A stretch of DNA of 64,000 nt, taken from the NCBI GenBank assembly GCA_964106645.2, contig OZ067038.1; one strand, 5' to 3'. This stretch comes from Podarcis pityusensis. Its lineage: Eukaryota. Shown here piece by piece: positions 53,301 through 64,000 of the stretch. The position numbers were made by a program, and so were the translations under genes. The notes below the pieces were generated by a model. That model saw nothing but the letters and a program-made list of their open reading frames with translations, had not been told where the DNA came from and did no database searches. Position 1 is the first letter of the stretch. The number at the start of each line of letters is the position of its first letter.

Positions 53301-56300
53301 ACCTGCCCCATACATGACATCATATATGGGGCAGGTAGAGACACAGACGCCAATGCACATTGGGAGCCTGACTGTGCATTGGTTAGGGAAAGCAGGCTTC
53401 AGCTCTACTGCCCAGATAGGTGAGAGCCAATGCTTTCCCTAGAGTTCCCTGCAAGGAACTTGTTCATGCAGCTGATGCCTGCAAAAAGGATTCAGCTCTC
53501 CTGCCCATCAGCTGACTGGTGGAAGAATGGAAGCCTGTTTGTTGCAGGAATCAGCTGCCTGCTGCATTGCTGTGGGGGGCTTATAGAGCTCCAATTTCTG
53601 CTTTCCTGCCTGTCAGAACCACATTACAGCGTCTGTGACACAAGATAACCCAAGGAGAAAGGACAGTGACTCTGCTGAGTTTCTTCCTCATTCTGTTGGT
53701 TGACCTGCCTGCCTACCCTGTAGTTGATTTCCTTCAGCATTAGGAAAAAGTTGCAAGATGAGAAGACAGACAGCAGAGGAGCTGCTCAGCTCCTAGGGGT
53801 GACAGAGGAAAAGAGCAGAGCTAGTTGCTATTAAACAGGCCAGTTTCTATATCTGCAGCAAAAACATTTATTGATCACACATTTATCACCCATTCTTCAG
53901 TGGCTAACATACCAGAACCTATATATCCGCTCACAATATCACTAGTTACTTTTGGATTTACAGAGGCATACAGAGTCATCAGAAATACATTCCAGGATCA
54001 TATCTGATTTTGGCTCACTTGACTGCAAGTTGGTCCCAGCCATGGAGCAAAATTGATCATCTCATTGCTCTGTTATATATCTGGATTGATTTTTGAGATG
54101 TGTGAGAATAAATTCCTTCACATCATCATATGCTGAAAATTCATCTGGCTGCTTGAAGAAACCATCAAGTGATCACTGCACTACAGTTTGTGATAACAAA
54201 CACTGAGCTTGTGGTGCAGCCACAAGCTTTTCAACAGAAATGGCCCCATGCTGGTTGCCGGAAAAACGTTAAGTGCTGTTGGTGAGATAAATACTAAAGT
54301 CTGATTCTCACAACTTACATAATTTTCAGCCTGACTCAAGCAGGATTGATGGTAAAACATCTATGTGGTTTACAAACAAGTTAAAAAACAGTTTGCGTGA
54401 ATTGACCCTAACTTGTTCATTATGGTTTGAATGATCGTAGCCAACAAACCACTTCATTAGATGTATGAAGTTTGCTGAGAAAGTTGTAAAGGAGAATGCA
54501 AGTTACCCACAGAGTTTTGCTGTTCTCACCTTTTCCAGCTTGCTATCTTGTTGCAAGCAGAAGCCTCTTTCCAGCAAGCTGGTGGAAGTTCCTGAAAAGT
54601 GAGAGTAAGGGGAGTCCCAGTTAGAGAGGTATTTTAATTCCCACGGGCAGATCTTAAGCCGAGAACTAATGGGCTAGCTGTCCTTTTCACATGAGGGTCA
54701 ATTCAACAATCAAGCTGGCATATTAAGAATGAGTGTGGTGGCCTATGCCCTCAGGGCCAACATACATATAATGTAGGCAATATGCTGTTAGGTCTTCCAA
54801 TGTCTTTTTATCAGTGTGTCCCAAACTTGGGTTTCCAGCTGTTTCCGGACTACAATTCCCATCACCCCTGACCACTACTCTTGCTAGCTAGGGATGATGG
54901 GAGTTGTAGTCCAAAAACAGCTGGAGACCCAAGTTTGGGAAACGCTGCTTTTTATTTACTTGAGAGCAGCTATGCACCCTCACCTGGATCACAGACTTCA
55001 CACTGTTTCCTTTGTTGAAATTACCATCCTAAGTTTAAATGCACAGCTCACATCCTCTAGCAGCTGTACCTTCAGTACTGTGGGCCCAATTTTATGGAAC
55101 TCCCTTCTATTTGAGGTCAGACAATCTTCCTCCCTGTTGAACACTGGGTGCCTACTGAGAAGTTTTTATTCTGGCAGACATTTAAATGAAATTGACTGAT
55201 TTATGGCTTCAACTGATTTTTATCTTTATTGTATTACACTATTGTACTTTATTTAAGAGACTACTGTAATTAAGCAATACATAAATTGTCAAAATAAAAA
55301 TAAATGAATGAGCTGTTGTTTGCCTCCAGGAGGTGGGGAGGAAGTCAGGTAATGTCATGAGCCCCTCGGCCCTATCAGGATTGGGCATCTGGAGGTGGAG
55401 GGTGTGGGTTTTCTCCATGCAACTTTAGATGTCAGAAAAAGTGAAACAAAGCTACATCCTCTTAGCTGTTGTCACTGCTCCTCTTGAGAGGCGCAGATAA
55501 TTATTAGGGAGGGAGGATGACTCTGACTAGCCAGTGGGAGGAGCTGAGCAAGAGCAGCTCCAGGGAGAGGGGCAGGACAGTCTAGTGGCCACAAACGTGG
55601 CACCACTTTTGTAGGTGGGATCAGCTGCATCTGCCCCAGAGAAGCACACGTGTGTGCAGCAGGCTAGTGAGGCAAGAGAGTCTCGTGAGTGAACATACTC
55701 CACCTAGACTTTTTAAAACTTGGTGGGAGGGGTGAGACAACCATTGGGACATCTTCTAGCGTCATTAATAGAACCAAGAATTGTAGAGCTGGAAGGGAAC
55801 TCGAGGGCCATCTGGTCCACCTCTCTGCAATGCAGGAATCTTTTGCCAATGTGGGGCTCGAACCCACAACCCTGAGATTAAGAGTCTCATGCTCTACCAA
55901 CTCAGTTATTCAGTTCTGAATCACTTATCTTGCTCTTGTAACTTGAACTCTTTACGACTGAACCTGTGCTTGCTGCTAGCCTGAGTAAAGATCGCTTCCT
56001 TACTCTGAAGTAAGCACTGTGTGATTTCAATCATGGAAATAAGGGGAAAGAGTTAATCATATTCCCTAAGCACTGCTTCACCATCCCATTATCCTCCCTC
56101 TGCAGTATGTTTTTTTAGATATTAAAAAAATAATCCCAAGATACAGTGATTGCTACTATATGTTCAGCCCTCAGATCTACAGTAAGAATTATTGGTAACT
56201 ACTGTAATTCAACACATGTTCAACTGAGTTGTCAGAAATGGGATGAGCTTAGATTATTATTTGTAATACTACTACTTGTAAAGTCACTTTGGGGAAATAT

Positions 56301-58035
56301 AGCCATGTGGTGAACTGTTTGCCTATAGAGCTTCAGCAGCTACAAACTATCCCCCCATTTTCATTCAGTTGTAGTAAATACTTGCCTCGCTAGATGGCCT
56401 GATACTACAGAAGACCAACTCTCCCTACACAGTTGCGGTCACTCAGCAGTGACCTTTTAAGCAGCTGGAAGTAGTGCGCAGTAGTGGCTAGACTATGTAG
56501 GAGACCAAATGTTAAAACTGCTCAGATAAGAATAGAGGAGTAAGTGGCCTTGAGCAACAATAACTTTCAGTGCTCCTTCACAGAATTGTTGAGTGGATAA
56601 AAATGTGTCTGACTGTAAGTTGTCTTGAGTACTTACTAGTAAAGTGGAATATAAACTGAGCAGACATCATGCCACATTCAGTCAGTTTCAACCCATGCAA
56701 TGAGCAGGGGTATGCCAAGTGAGGTCTGAGTTGTGTGCATGATGGAACAGATACATGACTGCTTCATGAGGAAGGGAGAGACAAACTTCACCTTTGAAGC
56801 ACATTCTCAATGGGACAACTAAGTAACATGAAGTGACTACAGTTCAGACCTCTATAGACAGAAAGAGGAAACTGTGGCACCATAGCTAGATGTGTGTGCA
56901 ATTACCTTCTAACATGAAAAACCTTGTATCTGTATCTGAAGAAGTGTGCATGCACACGAAAGCTTATACCAAGAACTAACTTAGTTGGTCTTTAAGGTGC
57001 TACAGGAAGGAATTTTTTTATTTCGACTATGGCAGACCAACACGGCTACCCATCTGTAAATGAAAAACCTTGCTAGTTTGGACAAAAGGTCCATCTAGCT
57101 CAGCATTCTAACAAGTCTGGTATGAGGGCAATAGGCCACTCCGTCATGGTATTCAGTGGCATTCGGTTGCCGAAACACTGTGGCTAATAACCATTGGTAT
57201 TTATTCCCTATGAACTTTTAAAATCATCTTTTAATGTCACCTAAGCTAGTGGTCACCATATAGTGTGACAATGAATTCTGCATATTAATTATGAGCTGTG
57301 TAAGTACAGTACTTCCTTTTCTACCCCGTTTCGTTAGCTTACTGGGAAGCGCTAGCATTATGAGAGGGGGGGAAATGCCTTCTATCCCCTTTCTCCCATC
57401 CATGCGCAGGTGTCAAGGATACCAGAAACCAATCAAAACTATTTTTGGCCACCCAAAAGTGATTAGATAACACCAAGACCAGAACAGCTGCACTTTGAAG
57501 AGAGAAATTGGGCAAGCAAGCTGCTTTCTTAACTGGTGGATAGAACAAGCTGCGCCTGCCAGAATCCCTTCTCCCGGCAACCGAGAAGGGTCGGGCGTCT
57601 AGATGTGGTTGGCCGGGCAGGGGGTCGCGAGAGGGCGCCCCCACCGGCCTGAGGGATCTGACTGCAGGCCCAAATTTGCCCGCCCATCGCTCACCGCCGG
57701 GCAGGCGCCCGCCTCCTGCTCCTCTTCCTCCGGACCAAGCAGGAGCAGCAGCGCCCCCGGCTGCAAGGGGCTCCCCACACACCACACCCCAAGGCCCCTC
57801 TCGGCGGACAGGGAAGGGCCCAGGGCTAAGCCCCGAGGAAGGCTCCACACTGGGCAGCAGGACCAGCCGCCGCCGCCGCCGCCGCGCGCGTCCGGGGGCC
57901 GACCTGAAAGGGAAGCAGAGACACGAAAGGGACGGTGAGAGCAATCAAGGACGCGGGGCCGCAAGCGCTCTCCGCTCCCTCCCGTCTCCCGAAAGACACC
58001 CGCTCGCCCTCACTCTGGCCGGAGCTCTGCTCCAT
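48698..58035 (-). CDS. ZNF408: ZNF408 (PRDM17): degenerate PR/SET-like domain plus 10 C2H2 zinc fingers, about 763 aa
   Basis: Exons (minus): 58035-58014 (tentative), 57903-57695, 54591-54530, 52386-52085, 50394-48698; total 2292 nt in frame. Diagnostic [12 protein letters not shown]...[21 protein letters not shown] and C-terminal [11 protein letters not shown]; adjacent to F2 as in mammals. Confidence 0.92.
52085..52386 (-). CDS. ZNF408: ZNF408 exon 4 ([16 protein letters not shown]...ELLYW)
   Basis: ttacag acceptor, gtactg donor; PR/SET-like ELLYW motif. Confidence 0.88.
54530..54591 (-). CDS. ZNF408: ZNF408 exon 3 ([20 protein letters not shown])
   Basis: 62 nt, ttttcag acceptor, gtgaga donor; phases fit both neighbours. 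Confidence 0.85.
54812..54947. mobile_element. hAT-type MITE
   Basis: Palindromic; perfect 8-bp TSD CTTTTTAT; core shared with 39248-39383. Confidence 0.87.
55769..55915 (-). mobile_element. tRNA-Lys(CTT)-derived SINE with CR1 tail (Squam2/POMSINE-like)
   Basis: GGTAGAGCATGAGACTCTTAATCTCAGGGTTGTGGGTTCGAGCCCCAC fused to a tail matching the CR1 at 29808-29876. Confidence 0.88.
56927..57059 (+). mobile_element. Penelope-like element terminal fragment with a 13-bp TSD
   Basis: ATGAAAAACCTTG at 56914-56926 and 57060-57072; contains a hammerhead motif and the TTGGTCTTTAAGGTGCTAC...CAGACCAACACGGCTAC tail recalled for reptile PLEs. Confidence 0.8.
56932..56969 (+). ncRNA. Minimal type I hammerhead ribozyme motif
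   Basis: GTAT - CTGAAGA - A - GTGTG CATG CACAC - GAAA - GC - TT - ATAC: stem I, conserved core, stem II and palindromic AGCT stem III. Confidence 0.75.
57695..57903 (-). CDS. ZNF408: ZNF408 exon 2
   Basis: ctttcag acceptor, gtgagc donor; [30 protein letters not shown]. Confidence 0.9.
58014..58035 (-). CDS. ZNF408: ZNF408 putative exon 1 coding part (MEQSSGQ)
   Basis: gttATGG context; CAGA|gtgagg donor in the required phase 1. Confidence 0.6.
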
Positions 58036-58189
58036 AACGGCTCCTGGGCGGAACGTTCCGCGCAGCGCGCCGTGTTTGCGCCCGGACGGCTTTTCCTTTT
58101 CTCTCGCCGGCCTTTCCCAGAGGAGGCGGGAGCGTGTTGCCACGGAGACTCGTCCTTTTTCCGGTTCGGAGGCGGATGTTTGTGAAAGG

Positions 58190-58341
58190 GGGGTTTGACA
58201 GGCGGGAGTGGCGGCTGCTGGCGAGCGGAGGAGTGCTCAGGGAGCGCGCAGCGCAGGAACTCCGTACTGGGCGCGCGTCGTCGGCGTCGGGGCTGCATCT
58301 CTTCCCTTCCCCCCACCGCGCACACCTTCATGAGATAAATA
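58190..58341 (+). other. ARHGAP1: Putative non-coding first exon of ARHGAP1; intron 1 would run beyond the window
   Basis: Donor a|gtgagt at 58342 inside the CpG island. Identity rests on conserved ZNF408/ARHGAP1 head-to-head synteny only; no ARHGAP1 coding exon was seen. Start is approximate. Confidence 0.45.
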
Positions 58342-61300
58342 GTGAGTGGAGGCCCAGGCGCCGCTTCGAGGGGCGGGGCTGCTTCTGGGTTTATTCTCTT
58401 GCTTATTGGGGGGGGAGCGGGGGGCTGGGGACGAAGTTGAGGGAGGGCGCATGCGTCGACTCCAGCCTCAGCGTGACTTTCGGTGGGAAGGAGGGAGGTC
58501 TCTTGTCAAGCAGGGGCCGCTGCCAGGCTTCTGGGCTGGGCTTCTGTCTCGACCCTCCCACCATCTCCGTGGGTGTCGTCGTTCTCAGGGCTGCCAGGTT
58601 CAGATCTATGTCAGATTTTGGAAGACGCCCCCCCCGCTCCCTCAGCAACCCAAGGGGCCCCCATGCCTTTGTTGTTAAGGAGCCCCCCCCCTCGCCCTCG
58701 GTCCTTTCCTGAAGATCTTTTTTGGTGCTGGAGGTGGAGGTGCCTACACTGGGGAGGCTTTTAGGAGTGTGCGCGTGCGTGCAGGTGCTTAAAGGCGGCG
58801 GGGGTGGGGAGAGATGGGAAACATTCGTTTACTTTAAAGTGAACTGATTTTAGCACCCAAACCATTGCCACCTGTGCACATTGCACACTTTTTTTTGGGG
58901 GGGGAATACTTGCAATTTGGGAAATACTTGCAACTGAGTTAAGCAGGGGTAGTAAGGTCAAGGGGTGTGGGTTGCTTAAAAGCAAACATATAAAGACTTT
59001 CCCACCACAAAAATAATGCCAGAACTCCCCATTTCTATTGAATGGGGCTTGTCGCAGAGTAGTGTCGGATGACTGCGTGTTGGCCTCCTGTCCCTTACGC
59101 AGAAGGGTGCTGCAGTGAATTGTGATGTCTCCACTGCCATCTGTATGAAGCTGTTGGGTTCCACTAGGGACCCCATTTGTACCATGGAGTTAAGCATATG
59201 CTCATGGTACTCCATTTCTCTGTTACATCTGAATCAAGTGTGACTGTGCAAGCCCTGGATGAGTATGTGGTATGCACAGGAAGTGGGGGTGAATCCTGTT
59301 AAGACCAAGCCCCTGTAAGCGACTAGCTCTGTGCATGGATTTTGGGAGTTTGCTTTTTCTGGACCAGGGTTCTACTCCCTCTACTGGAACTGGAATGTCA
59401 TATGGGGGTGCTCCTTGATCATTCTTTATTTCTGGGGGTACAAGTGACCTCAGTGGCTAAAGGTTACTTTTGCCACCTTGTACTCTTGCACTAGCTGTGA
59501 CCATTCTTGGACCAGTGCAGCCAAGCTACAGTGACCCATGCATTGGTAAGCTCAAGACTGCATTATGGCAGTTTGGTCCATGTGGGACTGGCCTTAAGGC
59601 TGGTTTGGAAGCTGCAGCATATAATATCTGTGTTGAGGGAATTGTGCTGCTGAGCAAAGTTGAAGGTTTCATTATACCTACATATTCCTAAACTTAAGGG
59701 GAAAATGGTTATTTGAGAGACTGCCTTCTCCCATATAGATGTGTCTGCTCGCTAAGGTCTTCAGAGAAGGCCCTGTCACTTATTCTGTGGCCCACAGAGA
59801 CTTATCTCATGTTAAGCTGGAAGAGGGCCTTCTCCTTTTTGGCCTCCAGCCTGTGAGATGCACCTGCTGTGGTGAGCTTTCGTCTGCTGTTAAAAACACA
59901 GCTACCTTATTTGAGGCTTCCCTGGCCTCTGATACAATGACTTGAATGGTTCCCGGTTCCTGTGTTTGTGTTATGTTTCTTTTATCGGACTGTTTCTATT
60001 GTATATAGAATTGCTTTGTTACACTGAATTATTTTGTTGCACTCCATTTTGATATTTTAAAGAGGTGGTATGTAACTATTTTAATTTAAACTTTCAAAGT
60101 TTCTGGAGCCCTTTGGGGGTTTGAGTCTGGTAATTCTAAATGTATGCTTTGCTAGTTTGCATAAATCATCTCACAGAAACTGCTTTATCCTGCTTTTATC
60201 AGGATTCTTACATCATGCTTCTGTGGTAAATGTAACCCCACAAATACTTGAGTCTACTGCATAAGACTTTGTGGCCCATCACAAGATTGTCACTAGGGCT
60301 TTGTGGTTTACGTATTTGAGCTGGAAAGAAAGGGGGAGTTGTATAGTTCTGTAAAAGAGAAGAGTGGGAAGTGTGAGGTGTGGTAGGGGCTCAGTAAAAC
60401 CAGAGAGGTGTGATAGCACTTGTTTAAGGAGAAATCATTATTTATTGTGTTTTGGTTCATGCATGTCCATAAACAGAGCATTGAACTAGGATGGATGGAG
60501 CCACTTATCGGATTATTATGTCTGACTTGTGAAGAGCATTCTGAAGAAGGAAATATGACAGGAATGCCCACTTTCATGACAAATTTTTGCTTTGAGATAA
60601 TGAGTGAAAGAAATTAGAGGGATTATATAGCCTGCTTGGGAGTCTTTGATGTTCAGCTGTTCCTGCTGAACAAAAAGTCAAATTTAAAGTTCTTTGGTTT
60701 AAATGAAATGTTTGCGATTATTCTATGCATCTATGGTTTCATGTCCTTTGAGCTTGCAGTAAAAACCCTAAAGCAAATAGACAGAATTATCCTGGAAGCA
60801 GGGTAGGCATGTGCGTTAAACATGTGGCACAATTCTCCCCCACCCCATGCTTGAATTTGTGTAACATTTCCAGAGTCTCAGTGTAAGCTCAGCAGCTGGA
60901 AAAGGTTGGCTGAGGCAGGGCTGAGTAGTCAGGTTTATGATCTGACCGGAAAGGTGTGGTGCCTTTTTAGTTCTGTCACCTAACTCAGTTCTGGGTGTTC
61001 AGCAGTTTGCGTTGTTCAGTGAGTGTATCCTGTTTGATTTAAGCTGGTAGCTTCTGAGGGAGGGACTACCTTGGCTTAACTCTTCTGCTCCCTCCCCTTG
61101 AGGTTGAAAACAGTGTTGGCTAGGTAATCATAATGGCTGCCTTTCTTTACCATACTGAAATATGGATAAAATTAAGTGGATTTCACAATCAATGCAGCAC
61201 TGGAGGCGCAAACAGCTGTAGTGGACACGTCTATATTGAGTCAGCAGGGTTGTTGATAATATGAAAGAAGTAGGGTGTGATGTTCCCATGACCTAAAAGC

Positions 61301-61429
61301 AGGAATCTTAACTCACCAGCTGTTAGAACTATGATTAGTTGAAAACCTCTCTTGCAGTTAATGTCTTCAGAGAGATCCCTTTTCCAGTTATCATTTAAGG
61401 AAATTTGGTTTATGGAAGTATGGAACAAG

Positions 61430-62200
61430 TTGTTATAACACTGCATCTATGGAATAGTTTCCCTGTGGAGATTTGCTGTATAGCAACACATAAATAAGGG
61501 TCAGAGTAGTTTTAAATGGTGGTGTGACTGATGCTTTTAGAATGTTGCAAGGAGTGAAGCAAGGTTGCATTATGGCTCCCACTCCTTTTAGCATTTATAT
61601 GAATGATTTGGTGCCATATTGAGCCAATGCAAACACCCCTCTCCAGTAATTAGGAACAAGCTCAATCTTGATGTATGCAAATGATTTAGTGCTCCTCTCT
61701 CATTCCTGATTGGGTCTCAAAAAGCTCCTGGAGGTGTTCAGCACATACAATAAATTGGGAAGCCTATCCATAAAATACTCTAAGACCAAGATTATGCTTT
61801 TTGGCAAACAGTCCTAGGCAGTGCTATTTAGAAAAAGAGGTGCCAGAACTCACTATGAACAGCTCCCTTGTTCTTATAATGACAATGATGCCCACCTGAA
61901 AGGTGTGGGACCAAGTTCTGGTGAGTTCTGACTTTAAAAAATGCCCTGGTCCTAGGTATAAATGGTGCTTAGATCAGAAAGCTACAGAACACACTTGCTC
62001 ATTTAGATACCATACCTGGGCCTACTCTTTAGTGAAACCCTCTTTTGGAAGTGCCATATGGAGGCAGTGAAAGCCAAAGCACAAAAAACTATAGCAGCAG
62101 TGATGAAGTTCTGTTACAGTAAGGGAGGGAAACTGATTGAACCTGCCATAAAAATATTTGGTAACAAACCACTTATTCAAATCCTCTTTGTAGCATTGAA
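61430..62200 (+). mobile_element. Degenerate non-LTR retrotransposon reverse transcriptase fragment
   Basis: GVKQGCIMAPTPFSIYMNDL from 61551 and LMYANDLVLLS (YADD-like, 61674-61685), with stops; boundaries approximate. Confidence 0.75.
61819..61948. mobile_element. hAT-type MITE nested in the old LINE
   Basis: Perfect 8-bp TSD GTCCTAGG. Confidence 0.85.
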
Positions 62201-63015
62201 ATATGTGGCTTTGATTCAACTCCATTAAAGTTTTGGAAATTGCGCAGAATGTCCCCCCCCCCCCCAAAAAGCTATACTCTCTACAAACAGGAATATCAGC
62301 AGCTCGTCCTCATAAAGAACCAATTAAGGCAAGAGTGGATAGTTTAAGTATATTTTTAAAAATACTACTATGCCTATTGAGAGTTTTCCTGTACTGTGCT
62401 GTATGGAATTGGTTGAAAACCAACTCTGGAAAGCAGCTTAGATCATTATTGTTTTCTAGAACTGAGCTCTGCTTTGACCTTGAATAAGTGTCAACTAAGG
62501 GATTGGCTCTGCTGGATAGAATCCAGAAAGGACCTGCAGCTAATTAGAAATACCACATTCTCTTTCCCCACCCCCTGGTATCCACTCTTGATAACTATTT
62601 CAGTGAAGCATAGATTAGAAAAGCCTACTGCTAAATAATACAACAAATGAATGGCCATGGTATATGAAGCTTAGGGTGCTTCAAATGTAACACCAACCAT
62701 AATTTGGTGTTATGAGAACACAGTATCATTTTCAGGCAAATGGAAATAATGGTTTTCCAGTTTGGATGAAAAAGCAAGCCAGCTAAGTTTCAGTCCTGAT
62801 TTTCAGTAATCAGTTACTGATTTTCAGGAATCAGTAATGTACAAGGGGAGGAGAATGTGCAAGTCAAAGACTCCTCAGGCATTCTTACATTCCTGAATGT
62901 AAACCCATGGTTGAATAACCCATTAAAGTTGTTCAGATCTCAGTGATGTTTGTCACATGGGGGGAAAATGAAGTAGAAACACAAAGTCTATATGGCTAGG
63001 CTGTGGAATTTTCAA

Positions 63016-63266
63016 CACAATATTCAGCAGTCAGATTCAACCATAATCTAAAGTCCTTTAACATCTCATGCCTCAGGAATGGTGAGCCTGTGACCTTTCA
63101 GACGTTGTTGGACTCTAACCTTCATCTTATCCAGCCAGCATTGCCAATGATCAGGGATGATAGGAACTGTAATCCTACATCCGAAGGGTCACAGGTTCAC
63201 CATTCCTAGAGCATGGAATGTTAAAGGAGTCTAGATTATGGTTGAGTCTGAACGCTGAATATTGTG
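63016..63266. repeat. Inverted repeat: ~56-bp arms flanking a hAT-like MITE core (63074-63208)
   Basis: CACAATATTCAGC...CATGC and GCATG...GCTGAATATTGTG. Confidence 0.85.
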
Positions 63267-64000
63267 AGTTGGTGAAGTCTTGCGCAACTCTTTTATTTTG
63301 CTGACTTTTGTGTAAAAGCATTTAGATCTGGATCAGATTTTTAAATGAATAGGCATATTTAGCTACAACACTACCTGACACTAGGGAAAATGGGATTTCA
63401 AAAAATATTTTCACTGTGTCTGCCTCCAAATGGAGAACAGACCTAGCTGAAAGATCCAGAGTAAGAGGAGTTATTTCATAATATGATAGGAAGAATTAAG
63501 ATATGCTTAACTCTCTGCTAGAAGTAGGATCAGTCTCCACTGAACACTCAAGTTTTTTAGGTGGTATGAAATTTGTCTATAGTGTTTGGTCTGTGGTGGT
63601 CATTTCAGTAAGCTTCTCAGTAGAGTGATACCAAACTTTTTTTGGACCTGTGGGTACACATAAATTGGATAAACTGTTGAGAGTGCCGCACACCTCATCC
63701 ACATGCACACCACATGTTCTGTTAGCTACAATTGGAGTCCTTTTTTAAAGCTTAACTTAGCAGGGTAAGGTGCTCCAGGGAAGACTTCTGTAGGTGTATG
63801 TGCACACCCAGGAACCACATTGATGATCCCAGTTCTAAGTCATCGTGAGGAAAATGTATATGTAAATTCGTCCATAAAGCTATATAAACAAATACCACAT
63901 GGGTTTTGTTCAGCAGAATCCCAAATACCCAGTACTCCAAATTCTTTCCCATCCACTTGTTTGGCAATGTCTACATTCAACAACCAGTTTTCCATGTTCA

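Larger units (their letters stand above)
57570..58810. promoter_or_regulatory. CpG island and bidirectional promoter of ZNF408 and the head-to-head gene
   Basis: Sharp rise in GC and CpG; X-box GTTGCCACGGAGAC 58136-58149, ETS-like TTCCGG near 58160, GC box 58370-58379, NRF1-like GCGCATGCG 58447-58455. Confidence 0.88.

Noticed and set aside
55843-55915. tRNA-Lys(CTT) gene
   Set aside because: The acceptor stem and 5' end are degraded and it runs into a CR1-type tail, so it is a SINE head.
57339-58764. Many overlapping 100-200 aa ORFs
   Set aside because: They result from stop-codon scarcity in the CpG island; only the ZNF408 exon frames are supported.

Overview
Vertebrate genomic DNA. The repeat content (tRNA-Lys/CR1-tailed SINE, CTT-tailed tRNA SINE, Penelope remnants) suggests a squamate, probably a lacertid lizard (inference). 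The window covers the conserved CKAP5-F2-ZNF408-(ARHGAP1) block. It holds the last 18 coding exons of CKAP5 (ch-TOG/XMAP215) on + (116-20101), with a candidate 24-nt microexon and an intronic C/D snoRNA (SNORD67, U6 guide). It also holds a complete 14-exon prothrombin gene F2 on - (43477-23310, 613 aa), a 5-exon ZNF408 on - (58035-48698, about 763 aa, PR-like N-terminus plus 10 C2H2 fingers), and a CpG-island bidirectional promoter that by synteny should also drive ARHGAP1. Most notable non-genic signals: an essentially intact minimal hammerhead ribozyme in a TSD-flanked 133-bp Penelope-type insert, with degenerate relatives elsewhere; a complete ~1.2-kb non-coding L1-like retroposon with a YY1 head and 17-bp TSD; a solo LTR carrying a nearly open reading frame; and two long intronic hairpins. 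All coordinates were counted by hand, and homology calls rely on recalled sequences, not database searches.
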